The notes beneath the pieces were generated by a model. It had not been told where the DNA came from. It saw nothing but the letters and a program-made list of their open reading frames with translations, and did not search any database. 64,000 nt of DNA from an uncultured Acidobacteriaceae bacterium (GTDB lineage: Bacteria > Acidobacteriota > Terriglobia > Bryobacterales > Bryobacteraceae), in assembly GCA_963787545.1 (NCBI GenBank), contig CAWBDW010000012.1, forward strand, positions 972 through 64,971, read 5' to 3'. The position numbers and the translations under genes are program-made. This document shows positions 50,016 through 59,679 of the stretch, piece by piece; position 1 is the stretch's first letter, and each line of letters starts with the position of its first letter.

Positions 50016-50235
50016 CTAAGGGCGGCGATTCAGCAGCCACGCCAGAAACGTGGCGAGCAGGCTAAGAATGAGGCAGGTCACCCACGGGAAATAAAACGTG
50101 GTGTGCTTGCCGCGCCAAACCACGTCTCCCGGCAGGCGGCCCAGCGGAAAATTCACGACGTCCGAGAGCGACGATGAGAACGCCGAGCGCCGCAATCGCG
50201 AGCCCGATAACGATCAGCAGCCGTCCCAAGTGCAT
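50016..50235 (-). CDS. DUF2905-family small membrane protein, one frameshift (missed by ORF track)
   Basis: ATG c50235 gives MHLGRLLIVIGLAIAALGVLIVALG. In the +1 frame it continues ...VVNFPLGRLPGDVVWRGKHTTFYFPWVTCLILSLLATFLAWLLNRRP*, with TAG at 50016-50018. The 220-nt length is not divisible by 3. The junction is at about 50155-50170. Confidence 0.6.
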
Positions 50236-50381
50236 TTGTCACCTTGATAGTAATCCTGCGCTGGTGCGGCCAAACGCTGAACTGAGCGGATAGTACTGAG
50301 GATAAAGGCGTCAGAATTTTTTGCGAGCAGCGTGAATGGGTGTGACGCTGCGCTACACTGGCCGCTGGAACGCTAGTAAAC

Positions 50382-52341
50382 ATGAGTGATTTGCAGAGTT
50401 ACGCTCCTGGCGCGGAGTTTGTTTCGCGCGCGCAAGTGAAAGGCATGGAGGGATATCGGGAGCTTTACGATCGGGCGCGGCGAGATCCGGAACGATTCTG
50501 GCGAGACCTCGCGAATAGCGAGCTGACCTGGTTCCGGCCGTTTTCGAAAACGCTCGAATGGGATCCGCCGTTTGCCAAATGGTTCACGGGCGGCCGGATC
50601 AATGCGTGCTACAACTGCGTGGACCGGCACGTGCGGGCGGGGCGCGGCAAGAAACCGGCGTTGATCTGGGAAGGGGAGCCGGGCGATCAGCGCATCATCA
50701 CCTACGAAGAACTACAGCGGCTGGTGAGCCGCTTCGCCACCGTTTTGAAGCGGCTCGGATACAAGGCGGGCGACCGCGCGATTATCTACATGCCGATGAT
50801 TCCCGAGCTTCCCATCGCGATGCTGGCGTGCGCGCGGCTGGGCATTACGCATAGCGTGGTGTTCGGCGGATTTTCGGCGGAGGCGTTGAAGGCGCGCATT
50901 CAGGACCTGAATGCGTGGGTGGTGATTACGGCCGACGGAGGCTGGCGGCGCGGGAAAGAAGTTCGCCTGAAGCAGGCCGTCGATGAAGCTGTCGAAGGCT
51001 GTCCGGACGTGCGCAACGTGATCGTGTGCCGGCGCACCGCGGTCGCCGATTCCGATGAAGCAAGGCCGCGATTTGTGGTGGCACGAGCAGGACGAGCAAC
51101 TTTCGGACTCGCCGTCGCTCGAGCACAAGGCGGAGAACTGCGAAGCGCAGGATCTCGATTCTGAGCATCCGCTCTATGTGCTCTACACCTCCGGGACAAC
51201 CGGCAAGCCGAAGGGCATTCTGCACACGACCGCGGGATATCTGCTCGAGACCGCGCTGACGATGAAGTGGGTTTTCGATCTCCGCGAGGACGATGTGTAT
51301 TGGTGCACGGCCGATATCGGTTGGGTGACGGGTCACAGCTACATCGTGTATGGACCGCTGGCCGCGGGCGCCACATCGCTGATGTATGAAGGAGCGCCGG
51401 ATTATCCAGGCTTCGACCGGATGTGGCAGATTGTGGAGAAGTATCGCGTCTCGATTTTCTACACCTCGCCGACGGCGATTCGCGCGCTGATCCGGCAGGG
51501 CGAGCAATGGCCGGAAGCGCACGATCTGTCGAGTTTGCGGCTGCTCGGCTCGGTGGGCGAGCCGATTAATCCGGCCGCTTGGGAATGGTATTACCGCGTT
51601 ATCGGCAAGGAGCGCTGCCCGATCGTAGATACCTGGTGGCAAACTGAAACCGGCGCCATTATGATCTCCGCGATGCCGGGCGCCGTGCCTCTGAAGCCTG
51701 GCTCGGCGACGCTGCCGCTGCCGGGCATCATACCGGACATCGTCGATGGACAGGGCAACGTGCTGGACGACAATCGCGAAGGCTACCTGATCCTACGGGA
51801 GCCGTGGCCGAGCATGGTTCGCAATATCTGGGGCGATCCGAAGCGATTCAAAGAGCAGTATTGGTCGCGTGTTCCAGGATCGTATTTTACGGGCGACGCG
51901 GCGCGGCGCGATGAGGATGGCTATTACTGGGTGCTCGGGCGCGTGGACGATGTCATGAATGTCAGCGGGCACCGGCTCAGCACCATGGAAGTGGAATCGG
52001 CGCTGGTGCACCATCCGGCGGTAGCGGAAGCGGCGGTGGTTGCCAAACCGCACGAGATTACCGGGCAGGCGGTGTGCGCGTTTGTGACCTGCAAACAGGG
52101 AGAGTGGGATCGGAACGCGCTGAGCCAGGAGCTGCGGCAATGGGTGGCGCATGAGATTGGGCCGTTTGCGCGGCCGGAAGAGATTCGCTTCACGGACGCG
52201 CTGCCAAAGACGCGCAGCGGAAAGATCATGCGACGGCTGCTGCGCGAGATCGTCACGACGAATGCCGTGACGGGAGACGTAACGACATTGGAAGACATGA
52301 CTGTCGTGTCCCGATTGACGGCGGAGCAGGAGGAAGAATAG
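50382..52341 (+). CDS. acs: acetyl-CoA synthetase, one frameshift
   Basis: ORF 50382..51164 (...[16 protein letters not shown]...[11 protein letters not shown]...) joins ORF 51055..52341 ([20 protein letters not shown]..., [12 protein letters not shown]). The junction is at about 51036-51048. Confidence 0.92.
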
Positions 52342-52767
52342 CTACGACTGGAGCTTCGCGTCGAGCGTGATGTCGGTGTCGTAGAGCTTGGAGACGGGAC
52401 AGCCTTCTTTGGCGGCTTTCGTAGCGCGGTCGAAGGCATCCTGGGAAGCGCCCGGAATTTTGGCGGTCAGCTCCAGATGGCTGCGCTTGATGGCGAAGCC
52501 GCTGCCTTCCTGTGCGAGCGTGATGGTGCAGGTTGTTTCGATACTGTCGGCCTTCAGGTGTTCTTTCTGCAGCTCGGCGGAAAGAGCCATGGAGAAGCAG
52601 CCGGCGTGGGCGGCGGCCAGCAGCTCTTCGGGATTGGTCCCCGTTCCCTGTTCAAAACGGTCCTTAAAGGAATAGGGCGTGTTGGAGAGCACGCCGCTGG
52701 CGGAGGAGAGCGTTCCGGCTCCCGATTTTAGATCCCCGCGCCATTGTGCTTTTGCTTTGCGATCCAT
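52342..52767 (-). CDS. osmC: OsmC-family peroxiredoxin
   Basis: 141-aa ORF containing NPEELLAAAHAGCFSMAL and KEGCPVSK (the two conserved Cys contexts). Confidence 0.85.
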   Translation of the reverse strand: MDRKAKAQWRGDLKSGAGTLSSASGVLSNTPYSFKDRFEQGTGTNPEELLAAAHAGCFSMALSAELQKEHLKADSIETTCTITLAQEGSGFAIKRSHLELTAKIPGASQDAFDRATKAAKEGCPVSKLYDTDITLDAKLQS

Positions 52768-52781
52768 GGTCTGAGATTAGC

Positions 52782-53453
52782 TCAGGCCAGGCGGCAGATG
52801 GAGGCTACCATGCGGCCGGGATTTTCGGGCTCGCGGCGGTAGGAGAAGAACTGCGCGGGTTCGCAGGTGGTGCAGAGTCCGCAATCGAAAATGCGGTCCG
52901 GAAGAACACCGGCGTTTTCCATCTGGCGGCGGTTGGCTTCCGGTAGATCGAGCTTACGACTGCCGCTAACGGACTCCCACTCCGGAAACAAAGGGTTGAA
53001 TCGATCGGCGACGTCGGCCCCAACTTCGTAACAGCAGCCACGAATGCAAGGGCCCATCGCGGCGTAAAGATCGGCGGGCACGGCGCCGAAATCCTCGCTC
53101 ATTTTCTCAATCGTATGTTTGACAACCAGGTCGGCTGTGCCGCGCCAACCGGCATGCACGGCCGCGACGGCTCGATTGGCGCAATCGAGCAGCAGGATGG
53201 GAACACAATCGGCGGTACGGACGCCGATGCACTTTCCGATTTCGCCGGTGATCAGGGCATCGCCTTCACGCTCCCGGTCTTTTACACCGCCGGCGTTCCA
53301 AATACGGGTGGAATGGACCTGGCGCAGGGTGATATCGACGGGGGGATTCCCCAGGCGAGTGCCGAAGCCGTGTTTTTGCCAAACGAACTCCTGGAAGGCG
53401 TCACAGCGATAGACGCCATCGGGTCCCAGGCGGAAGGAGCCGCAAGTGCTCAT
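52782..53453 (-). CDS. pgeF: peptidoglycan editing factor PgeF / YfiH (laccase-domain, DUF152) protein
   Basis: 223-aa ORF containing GDALIT, VRTADCVPILL, AAVHAGWRGT, CCYEVG and FFSYRRE. Confidence 0.85.
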   Translation of the reverse strand: MSTCGSFRLGPDGVYRCDAFQEFVWQKHGFGTRLGNPPVDITLRQVHSTRIWNAGGVKDREREGDALITGEIGKCIGVRTADCVPILLLDCANRAVAAVHAGWRGTADLVVKHTIEKMSEDFGAVPADLYAAMGPCIRGCCYEVGADVADRFNPLFPEWESVSGSRKLDLPEANRRQMENAGVLPDRIFDCGLCTTCEPAQFFSYRREPENPGRMVASICRLA

Positions 53454-54436
53454 ACGCGCACGATGGTCTTTTCAGCGCGCTGTGGTTTCGCGGTATTTTG
53501 CTCACGATTGGCTTTATACCAATCGAGAGTGAGGCGCAGGCCCTGTTCGAAGCTGAAGCGCGGACTATGGCCGAGCTCGCGGACGGCGGCGGTAGTGTCG
53601 GCTTGCGAATCGCGCACATCGCCAGGCCGGGGCGGGGCGTAGAGCGGAGGAATGTGGACGCCTTCAATGCGCTGCAGCAGTTGCCAGGTCTGGTTGAGCG
53701 TGTAGCGATTTCCGTTGCCTGCGTTGAAAACCTTGCCCGAAACGCCGAGAGCTTCGGAAGCCTTGAGCAGCAGCGAGACTACGTCTTCGACATAGGTGAA
53801 GTCGCGGGATTGCTCGCCGTCGCCGTTAATAGTGGGCGGGCGGCGATCGATGAGGCAGTTCAGAAAAATGGAGAGGACGCCGGAATAGGGGCTGCCGGGA
53901 TCCTGGCGGGGGCCATAGACGTTGAAGAAGCGCAGCGAGACGGTTTCGAGCCCGTAACAGGTCGAGAAGACGCTTGCGTAATATTCGCCTAATAACTTTT
54001 GAACCGCGTAGGGAGACTTGGGATGCGGCGCCATGTCTTCGACCTTGGGCAGCACCTCCGTATCGCCATACGCGGAGGAAGATGCGGCATACACCACGCG
54101 GCCGGCTTTGCCCTCGACTGCGGCACGCAAGACATTGAACGTGCCATTGATGTTGGATTCATGGCTGGGCACGGGCTGCATGATGGATTTTGGGACCGAA
54201 GGCAGAGCGCCGAGATGGAAGACGCGATCGGCGCCTTCGATCACCCGCGCGACGCGCTGGTAATCGGTGAGGTCGTATTCGGAGACCGTGATTCGATCGG
54301 CGATTTCTTCGAGATTGTCGAGCGTGCCAGTCGAAAGATTATCGATGACGTGCACGCGATGGCCCTGGGCGAGCAAGGCGCGAACTAGGGCAGAGCCGAT
54401 GAAACCGGCTCCTCCGGTAACGACATAGCGGTTCAT
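53450..54436 (-). CDS. NAD-dependent nucleotide-sugar epimerase (extended SDR, WbpP/UDP-sugar 4-epimerase-like)
   Basis: 328-aa ORF with VTGGAGFIGS, the catalytic motif SPYAVQK (YxxxK), and RFFNVYGPRQDP. Confidence 0.85.
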   Translation of the reverse strand: MNRYVVTGGAGFIGSALVRALLAQGHRVHVIDNLSTGTLDNLEEIADRITVSEYDLTDYQRVARVIEGADRVFHLGALPSVPKSIMQPVPSHESNINGTFNVLRAAVEGKAGRVVYAASSSAYGDTEVLPKVEDMAPHPKSPYAVQKLLGEYYASVFSTCYGLETVSLRFFNVYGPRQDPGSPYSGVLSIFLNCLIDRRPPTINGDGEQSRDFTYVEDVVSLLLKASEALGVSGKVFNAGNGNRYTLNQTWQLLQRIEGVHIPPLYAPPRPGDVRDSQADTTAAVRELGHSPRFSFEQGLRLTLDWYKANREQNTAKPQRAEKTIVRV

Positions 54437-55299
54437 ACGGTTTTTGCGGCGGCCGATTGGGGGATTGCGGATTTGAGGCGCTGGAGGGAACGTTTGGCGA
54501 TTTCGACGGAATCGCGCGAGAAATCGAAAGCCTCGAGCGAGAGCCAGCCGGAGTAATTGAGATCGGAAAGGGCGGCCAGAAGCGAATCGAAATCGTAGTC
54601 GCCCATGCCGGGCTCGCGGCCATCCAGTTCGTTGACATGGACGTGGCGGATGTACGGGAAATATTTGCGGAGGAGCTCTGGATGCGGCTCTTTCTCCGCG
54701 ACGGCGTTGTGGGTATCGAACATGGTTTGAATAGCGGGGCTGCCGATTTGCTTGACGATGGAAACCGCGTCGCTAAGACAGTTTACGACGTCCGATTGAT
54801 CCGGAGAAAGAGCTTCGACAAGGATGGTGACGCCGCGGCTTTCGGCGTGCGGCGCGGCGTGGGCCAGCTCATGCGTGAATATGTCGGTGGCTTCGCGCGG
54901 AGCCATGCCGTCGACCGACGAGCGCTGCTTGGGGGAGCCGAAGACCAGCAGCGGGTTGGTTTGCTCCGGCGAAGCGGCGAGGTCGGCACATAGATCGATC
55001 AATTGGTGCACATAATCCCAAGTGCGTTTTCGTACGGCTTCGTCTCCGGTGGTGGCGTGGAGGCCGGGAGGGCCGACCAGCAGCCAATGCAGCCCGACAA
55101 ACTCCAGGCCTGAGGTTTGGAGGACCGTCTGTATGCGGGCGCGATCTTCGGGGGTGAGAGCGGCCGGATCTTCGCTGAGAGTAAAGGGGGCGATTTCGAG
55201 GCCTTGATAGCCGAGGCCTCGGATCTGGGTACACGCTTCGTCGAACGGAACTTTTGAGAACAGTTCGTTACAGAGCGCGAAGCGGTAAGAAGCGGCCAT
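54433..55299 (-). CDS. sugar phosphate isomerase/epimerase (xylose-isomerase-like TIM barrel)
   Basis: 288-aa ORF. GYQGLEIAP..., ...VGLHWLL..., ...ILVEAL... and HVHVNE follow the pattern typical of the AP_endonuc_2 family. The stop overlaps the downstream epimerase start. Confidence 0.75.
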   Translation of the reverse strand: MAASYRFALCNELFSKVPFDEACTQIRGLGYQGLEIAPFTLSEDPAALTPEDRARIQTVLQTSGLEFVGLHWLLVGPPGLHATTGDEAVRKRTWDYVHQLIDLCADLAASPEQTNPLLVFGSPKQRSSVDGMAPREATDIFTHELAHAAPHAESRGVTILVEALSPDQSDVVNCLSDAVSIVKQIGSPAIQTMFDTHNAVAEKEPHPELLRKYFPYIRHVHVNELDGREPGMGDYDFDSLLAALSDLNYSGWLSLEAFDFSRDSVEIAKRSLQRLKSAIPQSAAAKTV

Positions 55300-55314
55300 C
55301 GGTTTTAGTGTATC

Positions 55315-55348
55315 GGGAAAAGAAAAAGGGACGGTTGAAAGCCGTCCC
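55315..55348 (-). terminator. intrinsic terminator downstream of the CsbD-like gene
   Basis: On the minus strand the sequence is GGGACGG-ctttcaa-CCGTCCC followed by TTTTTTCTTTTCC. The stem arms are at 55328-55334 and 55342-55348. Confidence 0.6.
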
Positions 55349-55350
55349 TC

Positions 55351-55370
55351 GCAGGCGAAAGCGCCCGCTT
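55351..55370. repeat. intergenic hairpin repeat, copy 2
   Basis: Exact 20-nt match to 49234-49253. It lies between the CsbD-like gene stop and its terminator hairpin. Confidence 0.6.
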
Positions 55371-55395
55371 TACTGCTTTGAAAATTTTTGAGCTT

Positions 55396-55653
55396 TTAGC
55401 GATGTGTCGTCGCGGTGGTCTTCGCGTTCAAATTGGCGTTGGCGTCCAAATTGGTATTCGCGGCGCTGGCCCACTCATCGGCTTCCCGTGTTGCCTGTTC
55501 TTTGGTAATGCCGTAACGCTCCTGGAGTTTGCCGACCAGCTCATCTTTTTTCCCGCTCAACGTGGTGATATCGCTATCGGTGAGCTTGCCCCAACGTTGT
55601 TTCACTCCACCTTTCAGTTGTTTCCATTTTCCTTCGAATTGATCTGAATTCAT
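55396..55653 (-). CDS. CsbD-family general stress protein
   Basis: 85-aa ORF containing GKWKQLKGGVKQRWGKLTDSDITTLSGKKDELVGKLQERYGITKEQA. GGAAGGAG precedes the ATG. Confidence 0.88.
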   Translation of the reverse strand: MNSDQFEGKWKQLKGGVKQRWGKLTDSDITTLSGKKDELVGKLQERYGITKEQATREADEWASAANTNLDANANLNAKTTATTHR

Positions 55654-55808
55654 GTCTGGAGCTCCTTCCTCGGTGGTAATGCAAAAGGCCAGCCAAATAG
55701 AGTTTTCAATAGATTAGGGCGATTCCGCAGGCGCGGGAAGAAAATTATTCCCGCCTGTGATTGGCTTTTTTGCCGGAAGGCGCTGCTTTGGGATACTCAG
55801 GAGTGGTT

Positions 55809-56719
55809 ATGTGCCGGGATCAAATCCTGCTGGAGACAAAGCTCCCGCTGCCGCTGCGAGCGCGCGGGAAGGTACGGGATATTTACGAGCTTGACGATCG
55901 GTTGCTGTTTGTAGCGTCGGACCGGATTTCGGCGTTTGACTGTATTCTGGCGAGCGGCATACCGTGCAAGGGCCGGGTGCTGACGCAGATGTCGCTGTTC
56001 TGGTTCGAGTTTCTAAAAGATATCATCGCATCGCATGTGCTGACGGCGAATGTGAAGGAGTACCCGTGGAAACTGGCGAGATTTCGAAAGAAGCTGGAAG
56101 GGCGGTCGATGCTGGTGAAAAAGGCCGAGATGATCGAAATCGAGTGCGTGGCGCGGGGCTATCTGGCGGGGTCGGGATGGAAAGAGTACCGGACGAAGGG
56201 CACGGTTTGCGGCATCCCGCTTCCGCGGGCTTGCGCGACGGCGAACGTCTTCCGGAGCCGATTTTCACTCCAGCGACGAAGGCGCAAACGGGCCACGATA
56301 TTAATGTGCCGTTTCAATATGTCGTGGACGTGCTGGGAATTGAGCTGGCCGGGCAGTTGCGCGATTTGACGCTGGGGCTGTATGAGCGGGCGGCAGCTTA
56401 TGCCCAAGAACGGGGGATACTACTGGCCGATACAAAGTTCGAATTCGGATTTGTGGACGGCAAGCTGGTGCTGGCCGATGAGGCGTTGACGCCGGATTCT
56501 TCGCGATATTGGCCGGCCGATAGCTATAAACCGGGAGGCGCGCAGTTCTCTTTCGATAAGCAATATGTGCGCGATTATCTGGAGACGCTCGACTGGGATA
56601 AGCGGCCTCCGGCTCCGGCGCTTCCGGCGGAGGTGGTACGCAAAACGAGTGAGAAGTATCAGGAAGCGTATGCGCGTTTGACAGGGCGAACGCTGGACGG
56701 CGCGGTGGCTGAGAGATAG
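55809..56719 (+). CDS. purC: phosphoribosylaminoimidazole-succinocarboxamide synthase, one frameshift
   Basis: ATG 55809 ([28 protein letters not shown]...SDRISAFD...). The junction is at about 56221-56230 and is consistent with one missing base. It then continues as [19 protein letters not shown]...LADTKFEFG...DSSRYWP. Confidence 0.9.
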
Positions 56720-56724
56720 TTTTG

Positions 56725-57288
56725 ATGGGGAATTTCACCTGGTTCGACGTAGTGCTGGTGCTGATCATTTTGTGGTCGGTGCTGAGCGGACTGCGAGCCG
56801 GTTTTGCGCGTGTTGCGGTTGGCTTGGCCGCGGCGATTGCGGGTTTACTGGTGGGCTTCTGGTGTTACCGCATGATGGCGGCGAAGCTGATCCCGTGGGT
56901 GAAGACGCCGGCGCTGGCCGACACGTTGGGGTTTCTCATCCTGTTCGTAGGCGTGTTGATTGTGGGCGCGCTGATTGGGACGCTGCTCTCGCGGCTGCTG
57001 CATTGGATGGGGCTTTCCTGGTTTAACCGCTTTCTGGGCGGGGTGGCTGGCTTTTTTCGAGGCGTTCTGTTGATTGCCGCGCTGACAGGCATCCTGGTCG
57101 CTTTCTCTCCGTCGCCGACTCCGGACTTTCTGGCGCGGTCGCGGGTGCTGCCGTATGTGGGCGAAGTGACGTGGTGGCTGGTGGATCTCGCGCCGCGGCA
57201 GTTGAAGGATGCCTACGATCAGCAGATGCAGAATTTGAGGCGCTTGTGGCGCCAGCAGCCGGCGAGTCCGCCGGGGCAGGTGGTGTAG
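56725..57288 (+). CDS. cvpA: CvpA-family membrane protein
   Basis: Four predicted TM helices. MGNFTWFDVVLVLIILWSVLSGLRAGFAR...NRFLGGVAGFFRGVLLIA is the typical CvpA pattern, and the gene follows purC. Confidence 0.8.
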   Translation: MGNFTWFDVVLVLIILWSVLSGLRAGFARVAVGLAAAIAGLLVGFWCYRMMAAKLIPWVKTPALADTLGFLILFVGVLIVGALIGTLLSRLLHWMGLSWFNRFLGGVAGFFRGVLLIAALTGILVAFSPSPTPDFLARSRVLPYVGEVTWWLVDLAPRQLKDAYDQQMQNLRRLWRQQPASPPGQVV

Positions 57289-57352
57289 GAAAAATGCTGG
57301 CCACGAATGAACACAAATAAACACGAATTGAAAGCGGGGGACGTAATCGTTT

Positions 57353-57994
57353 TTGCTGATCGTTTTTGACTTGGATGGGACGCTGATCGATTCGAGCAAG
57401 GATCTGGCGATTTCGATGAATGCGACGCGGGAGCAGTTTGGAATGCCGCCGCTCGATCCGGCGCTGATCTACTCGTATGTCGGAAATGGCGTGCCGGTGC
57501 TGGTGCGGCGGGCGTTCGGGCCGGATGTGCCGGAGGAGATGGTGCAGGAAGGGCTGCAATTTTTCCTGAAGTTCTACCGCGCGCATGCGTTGCAGCACAC
57601 GCAGCTTTATCCGGGCGTGCGCGAAGCGGTGCAAGAGCTGGCGGGAGGCGGCCATAAGCTGGCGGTGCTGACCAACAAGCCGGTGCGCATTAGTTTCGAT
57701 ATCGTGGGCGCGCTCGGGATGCAGGAGCTTTTTCTGCGGGTGTATGGCGGCGATAGTTTTCCAAACAAGAAGCCCGATCCGATAGGGATTCACACGCTGC
57801 TGGAAGACGCGCGAGTATCCGCGGCTGAAGCATGGATGGTGGGCGATAGCGGCGTGGACGTGCGGACGGCGCGCAACGCGGGAATCCGCAGTTGCGGAGT
57901 GGGGTGGGGTTTCCAGCCGGAAACGTTTGCGATGGATCCGCCCGACGTAATGATTGGAGCGCCGGGCGAGCTGCCGGGCGCATTGAGAGTGTGA
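57353..57994 (+). CDS. HAD-superfamily hydrolase (phosphoglycolate phosphatase-like)
   Basis: TTG start. HAD motif I is IVFDLDGTLIDS, motif II is LTNKP, and motif IV is MVGDSGVDVRTARNAG. Confidence 0.8.
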   Translation: MLIVFDLDGTLIDSSKDLAISMNATREQFGMPPLDPALIYSYVGNGVPVLVRRAFGPDVPEEMVQEGLQFFLKFYRAHALQHTQLYPGVREAVQELAGGGHKLAVLTNKPVRISFDIVGALGMQELFLRVYGGDSFPNKKPDPIGIHTLLEDARVSAAEAWMVGDSGVDVRTARNAGIRSCGVGWGFQPETFAMDPPDVMIGAPGELPGALRV

Positions 57995-58225
57995 GTCGCG
58001 TCCTGCGTTCGTGAGTTGAGGCGCTTCAGGCGGCTTTTTGAGCCCGCGCGCGGGTTTCCTCTTCGACGGCGGCTCTCATCAGGGGTAATTTTGCGCCAGA
58101 GGTGAGCACTTGTTGGTGCGTCACCTTTGCTTCGGCGAGCAAAACGGCTAATTGATGCAGCTCCTGCTTGCGAGTTTCGTTGATTGGCGGCGGGTTTCTC
58201 TGTTCTTTTTGCGTTTGCGATTCAA

Positions 58226-59679
58226 GCCGCTTGCAGAATTAAGAAATAGAACAAAGCAGAGCTTAAATGTTTTGAAAGAGGGGCTTGGTCCTTGTAATCT
58301 GTTGTTTCCACACGAAAGAAAACGAGGAGTGAGCCCCTATGCAGATTACCCCACGCGAGCGGCTGATGCATTACGCGGACCTGTTGCAAGGCACGTTGTT
58401 CGGCGTTTTGGAAGCGGCAACGGGTAGGCTTTCAGAGAAAGCACGACTGTTAATAGCAGTTCTGGAAATGGTTCCATTGGGCCGGCAACTGCCGTGTGCG
58501 CGCGGCTGGTTGGGACGTCCGGCCAAGGATCGGCAGGCGCTTGCCTCCGCTTTTATAGCCAAGTCCGTATATGGTTTGGAAACGACGCGCCAGTTGCTGG
58601 AGCGTCTGCATACAGATCGGCAGTTGCGCTGTCTGTGTGGCTGGACTACGGAGTGCCAGATTCCGCATGAAGCGACCTTTTCGCGAGCCTTCCAGGAGTT
58701 TGCCGAAACGGAGTTGCCGCAGCGTCTGCATGCAGCTCTGATTCTGCAGACACAGCAAGATCGGCTGATTGGTCACATCGCGCGCGATTCCACCGCCATC
58801 GAAGCGCGCCAACGGATGCAAGCCGCGCCGCAGCGCCAAGCCAAGGCGAAACGCAAACGGGGCCGCCCGCGCTCCGGCCAAGCGGCGCTCTGCGGAACTC
58901 GCTTGCCACGCCAGCGGCGCCAGAGTTTGGCGCAGATGCTGTCCGAACTTCCCCGCCACTGCAGCCTGGGCGTGAAAAAGGGCAGTAGCGAACACCAGCA
59001 ATGCTGGATCGGCTACAAACTGCATCTGGATGTGGCCGACGGGCAGATCCCAATCTCTTGCTTATTAACCGCTGCTTCGCTGCACGATTCGCAAGCGGCC
59101 ATTCCGCTGGCCACCATGACGGCCCAGCGCGTGACCTCGCTGTACGATCTGATGGACTGCGCTTACGATGCTAACCACATTCGTGCGCATAGTCGGAGTC
59201 TGGGACACGTTCCGCTGATTGCGGTACGCGGCTGCCAAGCCCCGATTCCCAAACAGCTGCAAGCGAGCTTGCGGCGTTATCACAAACGGCGCAAAGTACC
59301 CACACGCTACGCTCGCAAACAGTCTCCATTCACACCTGCTGAAGAGCAGCGCTTTGCGGAGCGCACGATGGTGGAACGAGTCTACAGCCGTCTAAAAGAC
59401 GAGTTCGGCGCCCGAATGGTCCGCGTGCGCGGAGCCAATAAGATCATGGCGCATCTGATGTTCGGCGTACTCGCCTTGACGGTCGATCAACTGCTGAAAC
59501 TCACCGGCTAGGCAGGAGCTTTCTTCCTGAAATGATCTTGCGCCGGCCCCGGCGTAGTCGCGGCGTGCCTGCACGTCCTCAAGCCGCAGCTTCACAACGC
59601 AAAGCCTTATCCGCGTCCCCGAAACTCGTCCCCAAAGCCACCTGCCCAGAGCCGATCGTCCGAATTTTGCAAGTCCCAC
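58226..59679 (+). mobile_element. IS5/IS4-superfamily insertion sequence (about 1.45 kb) inserted in a conserved hypothetical gene
   Basis: There is a single DDE transposase ORF. The imperfect terminal inverted repeats are CTTGCAGAATT (58230-58240) and AATTTTGCAAG (59663-59673). Flanking near-direct repeats are ATTCAA (58220-58225) and ATTCGAA (59680-59686). The host reading frame resumes across the element. Ends are uncertain by about 10 bp. Confidence 0.75.
58339..59511 (+). CDS. DDE transposase (DUF772 N-terminal domain + DDE_Tnp_1 core)
   Basis: 390-aa ORF. GRPAKDRQALASAFIAKSVYGLETTRQLLERLHTDRQLRCLCGW is an InsH/DUF772-like N-terminus. Candidate DDE residues lie in IARDSTAIE, DLMDCAYDA and ERVYSRLKDEFG. 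The FAERTMVERVYSRLK segment fits the (Y/F)-2-R-3-E-6-K signature. Confidence 0.88.
   Translation: MQITPRERLMHYADLLQGTLFGVLEAATGRLSEKARLLIAVLEMVPLGRQLPCARGWLGRPAKDRQALASAFIAKSVYGLETTRQLLERLHTDRQLRCLCGWTTECQIPHEATFSRAFQEFAETELPQRLHAALILQTQQDRLIGHIARDSTAIEARQRMQAAPQRQAKAKRKRGRPRSGQAALCGTRLPRQRRQSLAQMLSELPRHCSLGVKKGSSEHQQCWIGYKLHLDVADGQIPISCLLTAASLHDSQAAIPLATMTAQRVTSLYDLMDCAYDANHIRAHSRSLGHVPLIAVRGCQAPIPKQLQASLRRYHKRRKVPTRYARKQSPFTPAEEQRFAERTMVERVYSRLKDEFGARMVRVRGANKIMAHLMFGVLALTVDQLLKLTG

Noticed and set aside
57302-57332. CACGAAT(T)GAA repeated 20 bp apart upstream of the HAD hydrolase gene as an operator.
   Set aside because: The repeat is short and imperfect, sits in an AT-richer spacer, and I could obtain no supporting evidence. 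It may be chance.
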